Assembly (NCBI GenBank): GCA_020446625.1
Contig: JAGREI010000001.1
Location: 1 to 47,319 of the forward strand
Direction: 5' to 3'
DNA from: Erythrobacter sp.
GTDB lineage: Bacteria > Pseudomonadota > Alphaproteobacteria > Sphingomonadales > Sphingomonadaceae
Length of the DNA stretch: 47,319 bases
Shown here: in pieces, positions 8,856-22,373 of the stretch
Layout: each line of letters starts with the position of its first letter
Numbering within the stretch: position 1 is the stretch's first letter
Notes under the pieces: model-generated
The model's input: only the letters and a program-made list of their open reading frames with translations
Database searches by the model: none
What the model was told of the DNA's origin: nothing
Program-made: the position numbers and the translations under genes

Positions 8856-9833
8856 TCAGGCCACCAGGTTGCGCAGGAAGTCCACCGAACGCTGCATGGC
8901 CTCCTCGCGCGGAATGGCAAAGGGCGGTTCCTGCTCGACGAAGTAGTGCGCCACGCCCAGCTCCTCCGCGGCGGGCAGGATGGCGGCCCAGTCGAGCCGT
9001 CCCGCACCCACCTCGGTGGGGGTCGCGCCGAAGTAGAAGCTTTGCGCCCCGCCTTCGGCCACGTCCTTCACATGCAGCGAGGTAACCCGCGACCCCGCCT
9101 CGCGCATCACCGTTTCGGGGTCGAGCCCGGCCTGCGCCACCCAGCCGAGGTCGAGTTGCAGCTTCAGGTGTTCGGGATCGGTTTCGGACAGCAACACTTG
9201 CCAGGCGGTCGTCTCGCCCAGGGGCGCGAATTCGAGGTTGTGGTTGTGATAGGCCACCGTGACACCGCGATCCTTCATCGCCTGCCCGATGGCGTTGAAG
9301 CGTTGCGCAGTCGCTTGCCAGTGCTCCAGCGTCGCACCCGCAAAGGCGCGGGCGATGGCAGAAGGGAAATCCTCGCCTGCGTTCAGGCTGAAACCGTCGG
9401 GCAGCACGGGGAAGGGGATCACCAGCTGGCCTCCCCCCAGGGTGGCGGCAATGGCGGCAACTTCGTCGGGATCGTGCTGGAAGGTGAGGCCGTCGCCCGG
9501 CGCGAAAGGCACGGCGGGAACGTGCAGGCTGGCGATCGGCAGCCCGGCCGCATCGGCGGCAGCCTTCAGCGCGGCGGGTTCCTGACCCAGCAGGTTGGGC
9601 AGTTCGATCTCGCCATATCCCATCGCGGCCACCTGCGCGAACAGGGCGGCAGGGTCCGCCACCGGGTCTTGCCCCACCAGGGCATAGAGTTGCAGGCCGA
9701 TGGGCTTGCCGATGCGTTCGAAGAAGGGCGTGCTGGCCGCTTCGGTCTGCGCTCCGCCGCATCCGCCCAGCAGGCTGCCAAGCCCCGCCGCGCCCAGCGC
9801 CCCCACGAACATCCTGCGATCCAGCGTGATCAT
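8856..9833 (-). CDS. Tat-exported (lipo)protein, sugar phosphate isomerase/epimerase TIM barrel
   Basis: LDRRMFVG twin-arginine signal ending LGGC; GLQLY, YHNHNLEF, QLDLGW, LHVKD, FVEQE. Confidence 0.85.
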   Translation of the reverse strand: MITLDRRMFVGALGAAGLGSLLGGCGGAQTEAASTPFFERIGKPIGLQLYALVGQDPVADPAALFAQVAAMGYGEIELPNLLGQEPAALKAAADAAGLPIASLHVPAVPFAPGDGLTFQHDPDEVAAIAATLGGGQLVIPFPVLPDGFSLNAGEDFPSAIARAFAGATLEHWQATAQRFNAIGQAMKDRGVTVAYHNHNLEFAPLGETTAWQVLLSETDPEHLKLQLDLGWVAQAGLDPETVMREAGSRVTSLHVKDVAEGGAQSFYFGATPTEVGAGRLDWAAILPAAEELGVAHYFVEQEPPFAIPREEAMQRSVDFLRNLVA

Positions 9834-9891
9834 CGACCGTCTCTCCCGGTTTCTCCTGCCAGCGTTCTATCCCATTCCGGGCGAGCCGCGC

Positions 9892-9931
9892 ATCCATTTC
9901 GTCGCTGCCGCCTTATTCGATCCATCTATTT
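9892..9931 (+). promoter_or_regulatory. nod-box-like LysR site, copy 2
   Basis: ATCCATTTCGTCGCTGCCGCCTTATTCGATCCATCTATTT; 25/40 identical without gaps to 16651-16690 (hand count). Confidence 0.62.
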
Positions 9932-9984
9932 GCCGAATGACCGGCAGCGGCCTAGCGTGCCTGCAATTGGGAAGGGACAGATTC

Positions 9985-10599
9985 ATGCTGCAATTGGCCG
10001 ACCTTGATCGCCGCGCCCTGCTGGCGCGCACGCTGGCGCTGGTGGGGGCCAGTGCTGCTGCCAGTGCCTGCCAGACCCTGGATGCCGTCGCGCCGCTGGA
10101 AGCGGGGGCGGATGGTGGCCTGTCCGCCCGGCAGATGGCCACCTTGCGCGCTGCCGCTGGCCGAATCATTCCGCAGACCGATACGGCGGGCGCGATCGAG
10201 GCCGGAGTTCCCGAACGGTTCGCGGGCTTGCTCGCCGCCTGGGCATCGCCTGCCAGCCGTACCGCACTGGTGGCGGTGATCGACCGCATCGATGCCTTGC
10301 CCGGCGGCGGCTTGCCGTTCGCGGTCCTGCCCGCTGCACGCCAGCACGAATTGCTTGCCGCTTTCGACGCCGAAGCCATGCGGCCAAGCGGCACCTTCGT
10401 GCTGGCCTTCCCGTCTACGCGTGAACTGCCGGTCGACCCCGATTATGCCCGGTTCAAGGATCTTGTGGTGGCGCTCTATTACATGTCGCAGCCCGCCATG
10501 ACCGAGGAACTGCGCTACGTCCATGTGCCGGGCCGGTGGGATCCGTCGATCCCCGTCACTCCCGAAACCCGCCCCTGGGGCGAAACGGTCACGATCTGA
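9985..10599 (+). CDS. Gluconate 2-dehydrogenase subunit-3 family Tat small subunit (glycoside 3-dehydrogenase partner), copy 1
   Basis: LDRRALL Tat motif, IIPQTDTAGAIEAGV, KDLVVALYYMS, VPGRWDP; precedes a GMC flavoprotein. Confidence 0.83.
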   Translation: MLQLADLDRRALLARTLALVGASAAASACQTLDAVAPLEAGADGGLSARQMATLRAAAGRIIPQTDTAGAIEAGVPERFAGLLAAWASPASRTALVAVIDRIDALPGGGLPFAVLPAARQHELLAAFDAEAMRPSGTFVLAFPSTRELPVDPDYARFKDLVVALYYMSQPAMTEELRYVHVPGRWDPSIPVTPETRPWGETVTI

Positions 10600-10610
10600 G
10601 CGAAGGACGG

Positions 10611-12310
10611 ATGGAAGCGATGTTCGATGCAATCGTGATCGGTTCGGGCATGAGCGGCGGGATCGCCGCCAAGGAACTGTGCGAACGCGGGCTGAAGGTG
10701 CTGGTGCTGGAACGCGGCAACGAAGTGCGCCACCGGCAGGACTATCAGGACATGGTCATGCCCTGGGACATGCCCAACGCCATGATGGTGAACGAGGAAG
10801 AGCTGGCGCGCGACTATGGTGTGCAGCGCGAATGCTATGCGGTGAACAGCCTGACCAAGCAGTTCTTCGTCAAGGATTCGGAGCATCCCTACACCACGCC
10901 GGAGGACAAGCCCTTTGCCTGGATCAGGGGCTATCACACCGGCGGCAGGTCGCTGATGTGGGGCCGCCAGTCCTATCGCCTGTCGGCCATGGATTTCGAG
11001 GCCAATGCCCGCGACGGCCACGGTTCCGACTGGCCGATCCGCTATGAAGACCTGGCCCCGTGGTACAGCCACGTCGAGAGCTTCATCGGCGTATCCGGCT
11101 CTGCCGAAGGGCTGGACCAGCTGCCCGACGGCGATTTCCTGCCGCCATTCGAATTCAACGATGGCGAGGCCATGTTCGCAGCCGCAGTCGCCGCGCATTT
11201 CGATGGGCGCAAGGTGATCCCCGCGCGCGTCGCCAACCTGCGCGAGGCGCGCGATCATCACCGGGCGATGGGCCGCACCCAGTGCCAGGTGCGCTCCATC
11301 TGCGAGCGCGGGTGCAGCTTTGGCGCCTACCATTCGAGCCTGTCGACTTCGCTGCCCGCCGCCTTTGCCACGGGGAACCTGACGCTGGTCCACGATGCCA
11401 TCGTCGATTCGATCGAGCACGACCCGGCCACCAACCGGGTGACGGGGGTGAAGGTGATCGACCGCGTCACCAAGGCGCGTACCACCTACCAGGCGAACAT
11501 CATTTTCAGTTGCGCCAGCACCATCGGCACGGCGGCGATCCTGCTCAATTCCAGGTCGGAGGCGTTCCCGCGCGGGCTCGCCAATTCGTCCGACCAGGTG
11601 GGCCGCAACCTGATGGATCACCTCTACCAGCTGCTGACCGTGGGCATCTATCCGAACGGACCGGACAGCTATTACTTCGGGCGCAAGCCGGGCAGCATGT
11701 ATATTCCCCGCTATCGCAACCTGCCGGGGCAGGAGCGCGAGGCATTCCTGCGCGGTTTTGGCTTCCAGGGCGGCTTCTTTCGCACCGGCGGGGCGAGCAC
11801 GGCGATCGGGCAGCTAGGTATCGGAGAGGGGCTAAAGGCCGGGCCGCGCCAGCTGGGGCCATGGCTAAGCTATCTCGGCGGCTTTGGCGAAGTGCTGCCC
11901 AATCCCGACAACCGCGTCACCCTGTCGACCACCGAAACCGACCAATGGGGCATCCCCATCCCGCACATCGCGGCGGAATTCGGCCCCAACGAATTCGCCA
12001 TGATCGACCGCATCATGGAGGATGGCCGCGCCATGGTGGAGGCCGCCGGCGGCACGGTGCTGTTCCAGAAGAGCGATCCGGGCAAGTTCGGCCTGGGCAT
12101 CCATGAAATGGGCACCGCACGCATGGGCGTGGATCCGGCCAATTCGGTGCTGGGGCAGTGGAACCAGGCGCACGACGTGCCCAACCTGTTCATCACCGAC
12201 GGCGCGGCCATGGCATCGAGCGGGTGCCAGAACCCATCACTCACCTACATGGCACTGTCCGCCCGCGCAGCCGATGCGGCGGTGAGCATGATGGCCGAGG
12301 GGGTGCTGTG

Positions 12311-12311
<1 letters not shown>
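10611..12311 (+). CDS. GMC flavoprotein, glucoside 3-dehydrogenase type, copy 1
   Basis: AIVIGSGMSGG, GGRSLMWGRQSYR, Cys cluster CQVRSICERGC, NLMDH, IHEMGTARMG, CQNPSLTYMA. Confidence 0.88.
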
Positions 12312-15675
<3,364 letters not shown>

Positions 15676-15679
<4 letters not shown>

Positions 15680-16587
15680 TCGACAGGTCTCGCAATCGCC
15701 TCGATCTGCCTGCGCAGCCAGGTGAGGCCGGCATCTTCCTCGCGTCCGGCGTGATAGCAGAGCATCTGCCGCATCGCGGGAAAGTCGAAGGGCACCGGCA
15801 CCGTGCAGATAGCGAAGCGGCGTTCCAGATCCTTGGCTAGCCTGCCGTGCAGCAGGGCGAGCCGCCCGGTCCCTTCGATGTACCAGGGAACGGCGGAGAA
15901 CAGCGAGGTCGTCACCTCGATCCGGCGGCGTCTGCCCATGATCTCCAGCTGCCGGTCGGCGTAGGAGGTGATGCGCTGTTCGCCCAGCACCACGGCCACG
16001 TGGCCAGCCGCTTCGAATTCGGCTTCGGTGATGAATCCCTTGGCCAGAACGCGGTTGTCGAGCGCGCCGATCACCACCTGCGGTTCGCGGTACAGCTCGT
16101 AAGCCGGGTGGCTGCCGCTGAGGACATATTCGGGCGTGATCATCAGGTCGATCTGCCCTTCATCGAGGTGCTTGGCGGTGGTCAGGTGCGGCAGCTGGCA
16201 TTCGATGGCGATGTCCGGCGCTTCTTGCGCCAGTTGCCGGGTCAGCGGGGCGATGATCGAGGACTGGACATAGTCCGATGCCACCATCCGGAAGGTGCGC
16301 TGCGACGTTTCCGGGTGGAAATTGGGCGACTTGGCCAGCATCACCTCAAGGTTCTGAAGACCCTGCCTGACCTGCGGCATCAGGTCGTCGGCAAAGGCGG
16401 TGGGGTGCATCCGCTTGCCTTGCAGCACCAGCAGGTCATCCCCGAAATAGTCGCGCAGGCGCGCCAGCGCGGCGCTCATTGCGGGCTGGCTCAGGTTCAT
16501 CCGCTCGGCCGCGCGGCTGACGCTGCGCGTGGCCATCAAGGCATCGAATGCCACCAGCAGGTTGAGATCCAGGCCCTTGAAACGCAT
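15676..16587 (-). CDS. LysR-type regulator of the NodD/FdeR subfamily
   Basis: N-terminus MRFKGLDLNLLVAFDALM...NLSQPAMSAALARLRDYF is nearly the canonical NodD start; 303 aa; C-terminal DAGLTWLR. Confidence 0.88.
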
Positions 16588-16650
16588 GGCTGCAATCTAT
16601 GCGTGCAGGGCTGGAGCATTGCAATGCCTGATGCAACCTCGGTGGATGGG

Positions 16651-16696
16651 ATTGATCTGGTCGATGATCGCAAATGGGATCAATCGATTTCACATC
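16651..16696 (+). promoter_or_regulatory. nod-box-like LysR site, copy 3 (divergent lysR/esterase region)
   Basis: ATT-N9-GAT-N8-ATG-N9-GAT (two T-N11-A units) ending CAATCGATTTCACATC, resembling the nod-box distal element CAATCRATTTTACCAATC. Confidence 0.7.
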
Positions 16697-16748
16697 GGCG
16701 GCGGGCGGGGCGATAAGCGATTGTCGAAAGCGCACTGGGAGGATGGGG

Positions 16749-17636
16749 ATGACGTTTCGGGGAATTCTTGTCGGGCTTGCCGCAGCCTTGCTGCTGCCGG
16801 CGTCGGCGCTGGCGCAGTCCGGCGCGCCGGCGTTTCTGGCCGATGAACTGCCACCCATGCCCGGCGCGCAGATCGCCTTGCCCACCGTGGGTGATAACGT
16901 GGCCGATACCGAACAGTGGAACCGCGTGTTCGGGCAGGTGTGGGTGCGCAATGTCAGCCGACCTTCGCTCTATCCCGTGCTGCCGATGAACGGGCGCGGC
17001 AATGGCCGGGCAGTAATCGTGGTGCCGGGCGGCGGCTATGCCTTCGTCTCGATCGAGAGCGAGGGTTTCCGCGTGGCCGAACGGCTGGCGGCGCAGGGCT
17101 ATACCGCCTTCGTGCTGAAGTACCGGCCGCGCGAAACCGCGCGCGATGCGAATGGCTTCATCGCCGGGCTGGCTGCCGACTTCGGCAATCTGGGTCGCGG
17201 CGAGTTGCCCGACCATCCGCCTGCGGTCGACGATCTGGCCGCTGCCGTGGCGCTGGTGCATGGCCGTGCCGCCGAATGGCGTATCGATCCCGAAGCCATC
17301 GGCGTGATCGGCTTTTCCGCCGGTTCCCGCACCACCATCCGCCTGCTGGAACAGCGGCCGGAGGCGGCGCTGCTGGATCACGTCGCCCTGATCTATCCGC
17401 CGATGACGCAGACCGTGGGGGCGGGGCCGCGCCCTGACCTGTTCCTGGCCATCGCGGCGGACGATCCACTGTTCCGGCAGGGCGGGCTGAACCTTGTCGA
17501 ACACTGGCTGGAGCAGAGCCGGGCGGTTGAATTCCACCTCTATTCGGGTGGCAGCCACGGCTTCGGGATGCGCCCGCAAGGCACCACCAGCGACCTGTGG
17601 ATCGAGCAGTACCTGGCCTGGCTGGCGCTACAATAG
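16749..17636 (+). CDS. Secreted alpha/beta hydrolase (esterase-like), copy 1
   Basis: Sec signal (ALA|QS), VVPGGGY oxyanion loop, GFSAG nucleophile, ADDPL, GSHGFG; GGAGG RBS. Confidence 0.83.
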   Translation: MTFRGILVGLAAALLLPASALAQSGAPAFLADELPPMPGAQIALPTVGDNVADTEQWNRVFGQVWVRNVSRPSLYPVLPMNGRGNGRAVIVVPGGGYAFVSIESEGFRVAERLAAQGYTAFVLKYRPRETARDANGFIAGLAADFGNLGRGELPDHPPAVDDLAAAVALVHGRAAEWRIDPEAIGVIGFSAGSRTTIRLLEQRPEAALLDHVALIYPPMTQTVGAGPRPDLFLAIAADDPLFRQGGLNLVEHWLEQSRAVEFHLYSGGSHGFGMRPQGTTSDLWIEQYLAWLALQ

Positions 17637-17637
17637 G

Positions 17638-18303
17638 TCAGCCGTCAAAGCGCAGGTAGGCCAGCGCCATCTGCGCCAGTTCGCCCTTGGTCACGCTCCA
17701 CACGTCGGCATCGCCCGATTCCGCCGTGGCGCCCAGCCCGAACTGGCGGGCCATGGTGGCAAAGATGATCTGGAACACCGCTTCGGCCTTCTTCTTATGG
17801 TCGTGGCCACCGATCTCATCGCGAAAGCTGAGGATGGCATCCACCGACATGGCGGCAGAGCGGCGGGCAGTCTCTCGCCCAGGGCCGGACACCGCCTGGT
17901 CGATCGATGCGCGCTGCATGATCGTGCGCAGCAGCGGGGCGTTGGCGGCCAGGAAGCGGCTGTAGCCGTCGATATAGCGCGGCAGGAATTCCGCGAGGTT
18001 GCTGCTTTGCGCCAGCACCTGGTCGAGCAGGGCCTTCTCGCCCGCGATCACACCGGACAGTTCCTGCGCGATCACCGCGTGCATCAGCCGGTCCTTGCTT
18101 TCGAACCGCAGGTAGATCGACCCGATCGACACGCTGCCCCGCTCGCTCACGTCCTGCAAGGTGAAGTCCTCGCCGCGTTCGAGCATCAGCGACTTGGTGG
18201 CTTCCAGCATCCGTTCGTAGGAAGCGAGGCTGCGACCCTGGCGCGGCTGGCGGCTGGGGGCGTTCTCGGCAAGTGCCGCGGTTTCGGGTCCGATGATTGA
18301 CAT
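17638..18303 (-). CDS. TetR/AcrR family transcriptional regulator
   Basis: PRQGRS..SYERMLEAT, FTLQDVSERGSVSIGSIYLRFESKDRL helix-turn-helix. Confidence 0.9.
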   Translation of the reverse strand: MSIIGPETAALAENAPSRQPRQGRSLASYERMLEATKSLMLERGEDFTLQDVSERGSVSIGSIYLRFESKDRLMHAVIAQELSGVIAGEKALLDQVLAQSSNLAEFLPRYIDGYSRFLAANAPLLRTIMQRASIDQAVSGPGRETARRSAAMSVDAILSFRDEIGGHDHKKKAEAVFQIIFATMARQFGLGATAESGDADVWSVTKGELAQMALAYLRFDG

Positions 18304-18326
18304 AGTCCGAACACTTGCGCAAATAA

Positions 18327-18347
18327 ACAGGAACCGCAATTCTAATT
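18327..18347. promoter_or_regulatory. Palindromic operator, copy 2 (ACAGGAA-N6-TTCTAATT), probable TetR autoregulatory site
   Basis: Right half is a perfect match with the same 6-nt spacer; about 24 nt upstream of the tetR start. Confidence 0.6.
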
Positions 18348-18478
18348 TTGATTCACCCCAGCGCTTTGATTCGCATTGCAGGGGGGTTGCGGCCGGAACC
18401 GCATGGCGGGAGGGCGCAACTGGGCCGGGAAGCGCGCTTTTCGCGATCGGTCAGGCAATTGGGCACATCAATTCAACT

Positions 18479-18518
18479 ATCGATGAAACAGATAGTGATT
18501 GATGGATTCATACAATTT
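18479..18518 (+). promoter_or_regulatory. nod-box-like LysR site, copy 4 (upstream of TonB receptor)
   Basis: ATC-N9-GAT-N8-ATGGATTCATACAATTT; 21/40 identical without gaps to copy 3 (hand count). Confidence 0.6.
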
Positions 18519-18699
18519 GCTTCGATTGTATGCCTGCGCCATCAGCCGCTTCGTGGGAGACAGCTACGCGGACGCGATGATCGCCGCGCGGATGGAGCGA
18601 GGATGACCGCTGGCAGCAGTCCTGCCGGCATCGCTGAAGGATCTTGAAGTCCAATTCATCAGAACAAGCGGCGTCGGAAGCGCCGTCAGGGAGAACGTG

Positions 18700-21093
18700 A
18701 TGACCTATTTTTCGAACAAGTCGTTGCTGCTTGCCGGATGCGGCCTGGCGATCCTCGCCACGCCTGCCATGGCGCAGGAAAGTGCGGACGAGGGTGACAA
18801 CACCATCTACGTTACCGCGCAGAACCGCACCGAAGACGTGCAGGACGTGCCGATCGCGATGGACGTGATCGGCGGCGGCGAACTGGCCGCAGCCGGGTTC
18901 AACAGCGCCAACGACCTGACCGCCATCGCTCCGGCGGTGCAGGTCAACCAGGACCAGGGCACGGTGAAGATCACTCTGCGCGGTATCGGCACCAATTCGA
19001 ACGACGAAGCGCAGGATACCTCGGTGGTCGCCAATATCGACGGCGAATATATCAACCGCCCCAATGTGCTGGGCATTGCCCTGTTCGACCTTGACCGGGT
19101 GGAAGTGCTGCGCGGCCCGCAGGGCACGCTTTACGGGCGCAACTCCACGGCAGGCGCGATCAATTTCATCACCCGCCGCCCCGGCAACGATTTCGGCTTC
19201 AACGCTTCGGCGTCCTACGGCAATTATGATGCCATTCGCCTGGATGCCGGGATCGATATTCCGGTGGGCGACATCGGCGGCCTGCGCTTTGCAGGTTTCT
19301 GGGATCGCCACGATGGCTACGTCAATCACCCCGCAGGCTGGGGCTTCGGCCCGTTCCCGGCCTTTGCCGGTGGCAGTTCGGACACCAACAATTCCTACGG
19401 CGGGCGAACCACGCTGTTTCTGGATACCAACGACGGCCTGACCTTCCAGATCGCCGCCGAATATGCCCAGCGCAAGTTCATCCCGCAGGCGTTCGCCACG
19501 GTCGACCTCAACGCGACGGGCAACGGGCCGACAGGGCCGGGCTGCAACGCCACCGGTTACGAACAGGTCGCTCCGGCCTATTCGCCGCTGGTGCTGTGCG
19601 TGCCTTCGCAGACCACCTTCCTCGAAAACCTCGACCGTTCGCAATATGCCTCGCCGGGCTTCGGCCTGGGCCTGGTGCGCGACGAAACCTGGGCGGTGCG
19701 CGGGCGGCTGGCTTACGAATTCAGCCCCGAAGCCACGCTGAGCTACATCGCCGGTATTCGCGGTTTCTCCGCCAACCCCAATAACTTCGTCACCCTGCCG
19801 GTGGTCTATCGCAGCTTCACCTTCCTCGACGAAGCCGAGACGCAGAGCCATGAGCTGCGGCTGAACGGCGAATTCGACAACGGCATCGTCTACCAGGTGG
19901 GCGGCTTCTACTTCCGCGAAACGCTGGACCGCGAAAACGGCTTCAACGTGCCGCTCAGCCCGAACACCACCTTCCTCAGCTATTTCGGCCGCAACGTGGT
20001 GAGCGACAGCTGGTCGGTATTCGGCCAGGTCGAAGTGCCGTTGACTGAAACGCTGACCGCGGTCGGCGGGATTCGCTATACCGACAACGAGCGCAGCGCA
20101 CTTTACAAGAATGCCTCGCCGTTCGGTGCCGGCCCGCCCGACTGCTTCCTGCTTGGCCCGGACGCCAACTCGACGAACTGCTTGTTCGATACCGGGCCGG
20201 GGCGCAAGGACATCGACAGCCTGCCATACCTTTCGGTGCTCAACCTGGGCAGCAACGACAGCCGCGTGACCTGGCTGGCGGGCCTCAACTACGAACCCAA
20301 CCCCGATACGCTGATCTACGCCAAGGTTTCGACCGGCTTCAAGGGCGGCGGGTTCGATTCGGTCGGCACCTATGCGCCGGAAACCAACACGGCCTATGAA
20401 GTGGGCGGCAAGTTCACCTTCGGTGACCAGGGCCAGTTCCAGTTCAACCCCGGCGTGTTCTACTACGACTATTCGGGCTTGCAGGTTTCCGTGCTGCTCG
20501 ACACCACCGTGGGTGGCCAGACCTTCAACGCCGGTGCGGCGACGATCTGGGGCATCGAGGCGGATTTCCAGGCAGAGCTGACCGAGAACACCGTGTTCGA
20601 CCTGTCGGTGAACTACCTCAACACGCAGTACGACGAGCTGTTCGCGCAGTTCAACGTGTTCTGCGTGGGGTGTGACCTCAACGGCATTGGTGATCTCGAT
20701 CCGAACACTGCCGGGGTGCAGTCGCCCAACTTCGCGGGCAACCGCGCGCCCTTCTCGCCCGAATGGGTGATCCGCGCCGGATTGCGGCACACCTTCGATC
20801 TGGGTGGCTCGGGTTCGCTGACGGCTGCTGCCTCGACGACTTACAAGAGCTCGTACTTCACCAGCTTCTACAACTACTCCGACGGTCGCCAGAGCGGTTA
20901 CACCCAGACCGACCTGTCGCTCGACTGGCGTTCGGCCAACGATACCTTCGGGGTGCAGCTGTTCGCCCGCAACCTGGAGAACGAGCGTCCGCTGACCTAT
21001 GGCGGTTTCACCTCGGCCGGTTCGGACGACGTGTTCAACTGGCAGTTCGGCACGCCGCGTACCTACGGCGTCCGCCTGTCGGTCGATTACTGA
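18700..21093 (+). CDS. TonB-dependent receptor
   Basis: Signal peptide (AMA|QES), TonB box TIYVTAQ, RVEVLRGPQGTLYGRN plug motif, C-terminal PRTYGVRLSVDY. Confidence 0.95.
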   Translation: MTYFSNKSLLLAGCGLAILATPAMAQESADEGDNTIYVTAQNRTEDVQDVPIAMDVIGGGELAAAGFNSANDLTAIAPAVQVNQDQGTVKITLRGIGTNSNDEAQDTSVVANIDGEYINRPNVLGIALFDLDRVEVLRGPQGTLYGRNSTAGAINFITRRPGNDFGFNASASYGNYDAIRLDAGIDIPVGDIGGLRFAGFWDRHDGYVNHPAGWGFGPFPAFAGGSSDTNNSYGGRTTLFLDTNDGLTFQIAAEYAQRKFIPQAFATVDLNATGNGPTGPGCNATGYEQVAPAYSPLVLCVPSQTTFLENLDRSQYASPGFGLGLVRDETWAVRGRLAYEFSPEATLSYIAGIRGFSANPNNFVTLPVVYRSFTFLDEAETQSHELRLNGEFDNGIVYQVGGFYFRETLDRENGFNVPLSPNTTFLSYFGRNVVSDSWSVFGQVEVPLTETLTAVGGIRYTDNERSALYKNASPFGAGPPDCFLLGPDANSTNCLFDTGPGRKDIDSLPYLSVLNLGSNDSRVTWLAGLNYEPNPDTLIYAKVSTGFKGGGFDSVGTYAPETNTAYEVGGKFTFGDQGQFQFNPGVFYYDYSGLQVSVLLDTTVGGQTFNAGAATIWGIEADFQAELTENTVFDLSVNYLNTQYDELFAQFNVFCVGCDLNGIGDLDPNTAGVQSPNFAGNRAPFSPEWVIRAGLRHTFDLGGSGSLTAAASTTYKSSYFTSFYNYSDGRQSGYTQTDLSLDWRSANDTFGVQLFARNLENERPLTYGGFTSAGSDDVFNWQFGTPRTYGVRLSVDY

Positions 21094-21113
21094 GATCGGC
21101 CGATCTGCTACAC

Positions 21114-21147
21114 AAAGGGCGGCCCCATGTGGCCGCCCTTTTTTGTT
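21114..21147 (+). terminator. Rho-independent terminator
   Basis: AAAGGGCGGCC-6 nt loop-GGCCGCCCTTT followed by TTTGTT. Confidence 0.85.
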
Positions 21148-21165
21148 CGAGGGAGGCAGAACACC

Positions 21166-22278
21166 ATGACTGACAAGCGCGCCCTGATCATCGGCGGGGG
21201 GATTGGCGGGCTGACCGCTGCCGTGGCCTTGCGCCAGCGCGGCGTTCCGGTGCTGGTGATCGAACGCGATCCGCAGTGGTCGGTCGAAGGCGTGGGCATC
21301 ACCCAGCAATCGAACGTGGTGCGCGCCGTGGCCGAGCTGGGGATCGTGGCCGACTATGTCGACGCGGGTTTCGGCTATGCTGCGGTAGAAGCCTATGCGC
21401 CCGACGGCGCGCTGGTGGCGCGCGTTCCCTCGCCGCAGCTGGCCCCGCCGTGGCCGCCCAATATCGGCATCGCCCGCCCGGCGCTGAACCGCGTGCTGGG
21501 CGAAGCCGCCCGCTCGCGCGGGGCCGAGGTGCGGCTGGGGGTGACGGCAGAGCGGATCGCTGACGAGGGCGATCAGGTGCGCGTGCGCTTTTCCGACGGG
21601 GCAGAGGAGTGCTTCGCCTTCGTCGTGGGGGCGGACGGCCTGGGATCGCAGGTGCGGCGCCAGTTCTTCCTCGAAGCTCCGCCGCCACGCTATGCCGGGC
21701 AGGTGGTGTGGCGCTACAACCTGCCGCGCCCGGCGGACATGGATTGCCTGCGCACCTACAACGGCCCCACCGGCGTGGGCCTGGCGCCGATGAACGAGCA
21801 GACGATGTACATGTTCCTCGTCACCGTGGAGCCTGAAGGCAAGGTGGCTCAGGAAGGGCTGGCTGCGGCAATGCGTTCACGGCTGGCCAATTGCGCCCCG
21901 GCGATCCGCGCGCTGGGCGACCAGATCACTGACGATGCAGGCGTGGTCTATCGCCCGCTGCACACGGTGCTGGTGGAAGGGACCTGGCACCGGGGCCGGG
22001 TGGTGCTGCTGGGCGATGCCGCCCATGCCACCACGCCGCACCTGGGGCAGGGCGCGGGCATGGCGATCGAGGATTCGCTGGTGCTGGCCGAAGAAGTGGC
22101 CCGCCACGCCGATCCGCGCGATGCCTTTGCCGCCTACCACGCCCGCCGCGCGCCGCGCTGCGGCTATATCGTCGAGAACTCGCTGGCGATCTGTCGCGGG
22201 CAGCAGGGGCTGGGCGAGCCGGTGGACATGGGCCGCGCCGCCGCCGAGATGTTCCAGGTGGTGGCGCAACCGCTGTGA
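21166..22278 (+). CDS. Class A FAD-dependent aromatic monooxygenase (FdeE-like candidate)
   Basis: IGGGIGG, VGADG, LLGDAAHATTPHLGQGAGMAIED; GGAGG RBS. Confidence 0.85.
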   Translation: MTDKRALIIGGGIGGLTAAVALRQRGVPVLVIERDPQWSVEGVGITQQSNVVRAVAELGIVADYVDAGFGYAAVEAYAPDGALVARVPSPQLAPPWPPNIGIARPALNRVLGEAARSRGAEVRLGVTAERIADEGDQVRVRFSDGAEECFAFVVGADGLGSQVRRQFFLEAPPPRYAGQVVWRYNLPRPADMDCLRTYNGPTGVGLAPMNEQTMYMFLVTVEPEGKVAQEGLAAAMRSRLANCAPAIRALGDQITDDAGVVYRPLHTVLVEGTWHRGRVVLLGDAAHATTPHLGQGAGMAIEDSLVLAEEVARHADPRDAFAAYHARRAPRCGYIVENSLAICRGQQGLGEPVDMGRAAAEMFQVVAQPL

Positions 22279-22352
22279 AGCGGTGCCAAGCCGTCCGGCT
22301 GGCGTGGCGCATAGTCTCTCGGACTATTTCCGCTTGACCTGTCGGATCGTAT

Positions 22353-22373
22353 AATAGAATAGAAGTTCTAATT
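22353..22373. promoter_or_regulatory. Palindromic operator, copy 3 (AATAGAA-N6-TTCTAATT)
   Basis: Near-perfect inverted repeat downstream of TTGACC (22334-22339). Confidence 0.75.

Noticed and set aside
18730-18741. LAGC lipobox-like motif in the TonB receptor
   Set aside because: The hydrophobic region continues to a typical AMA|Q signal peptidase I site.
18508-21309. 933-aa minus-strand ORF
   Set aside because: Antisense shadow of the TonB receptor, with no recognisable motifs; common in high-GC DNA.
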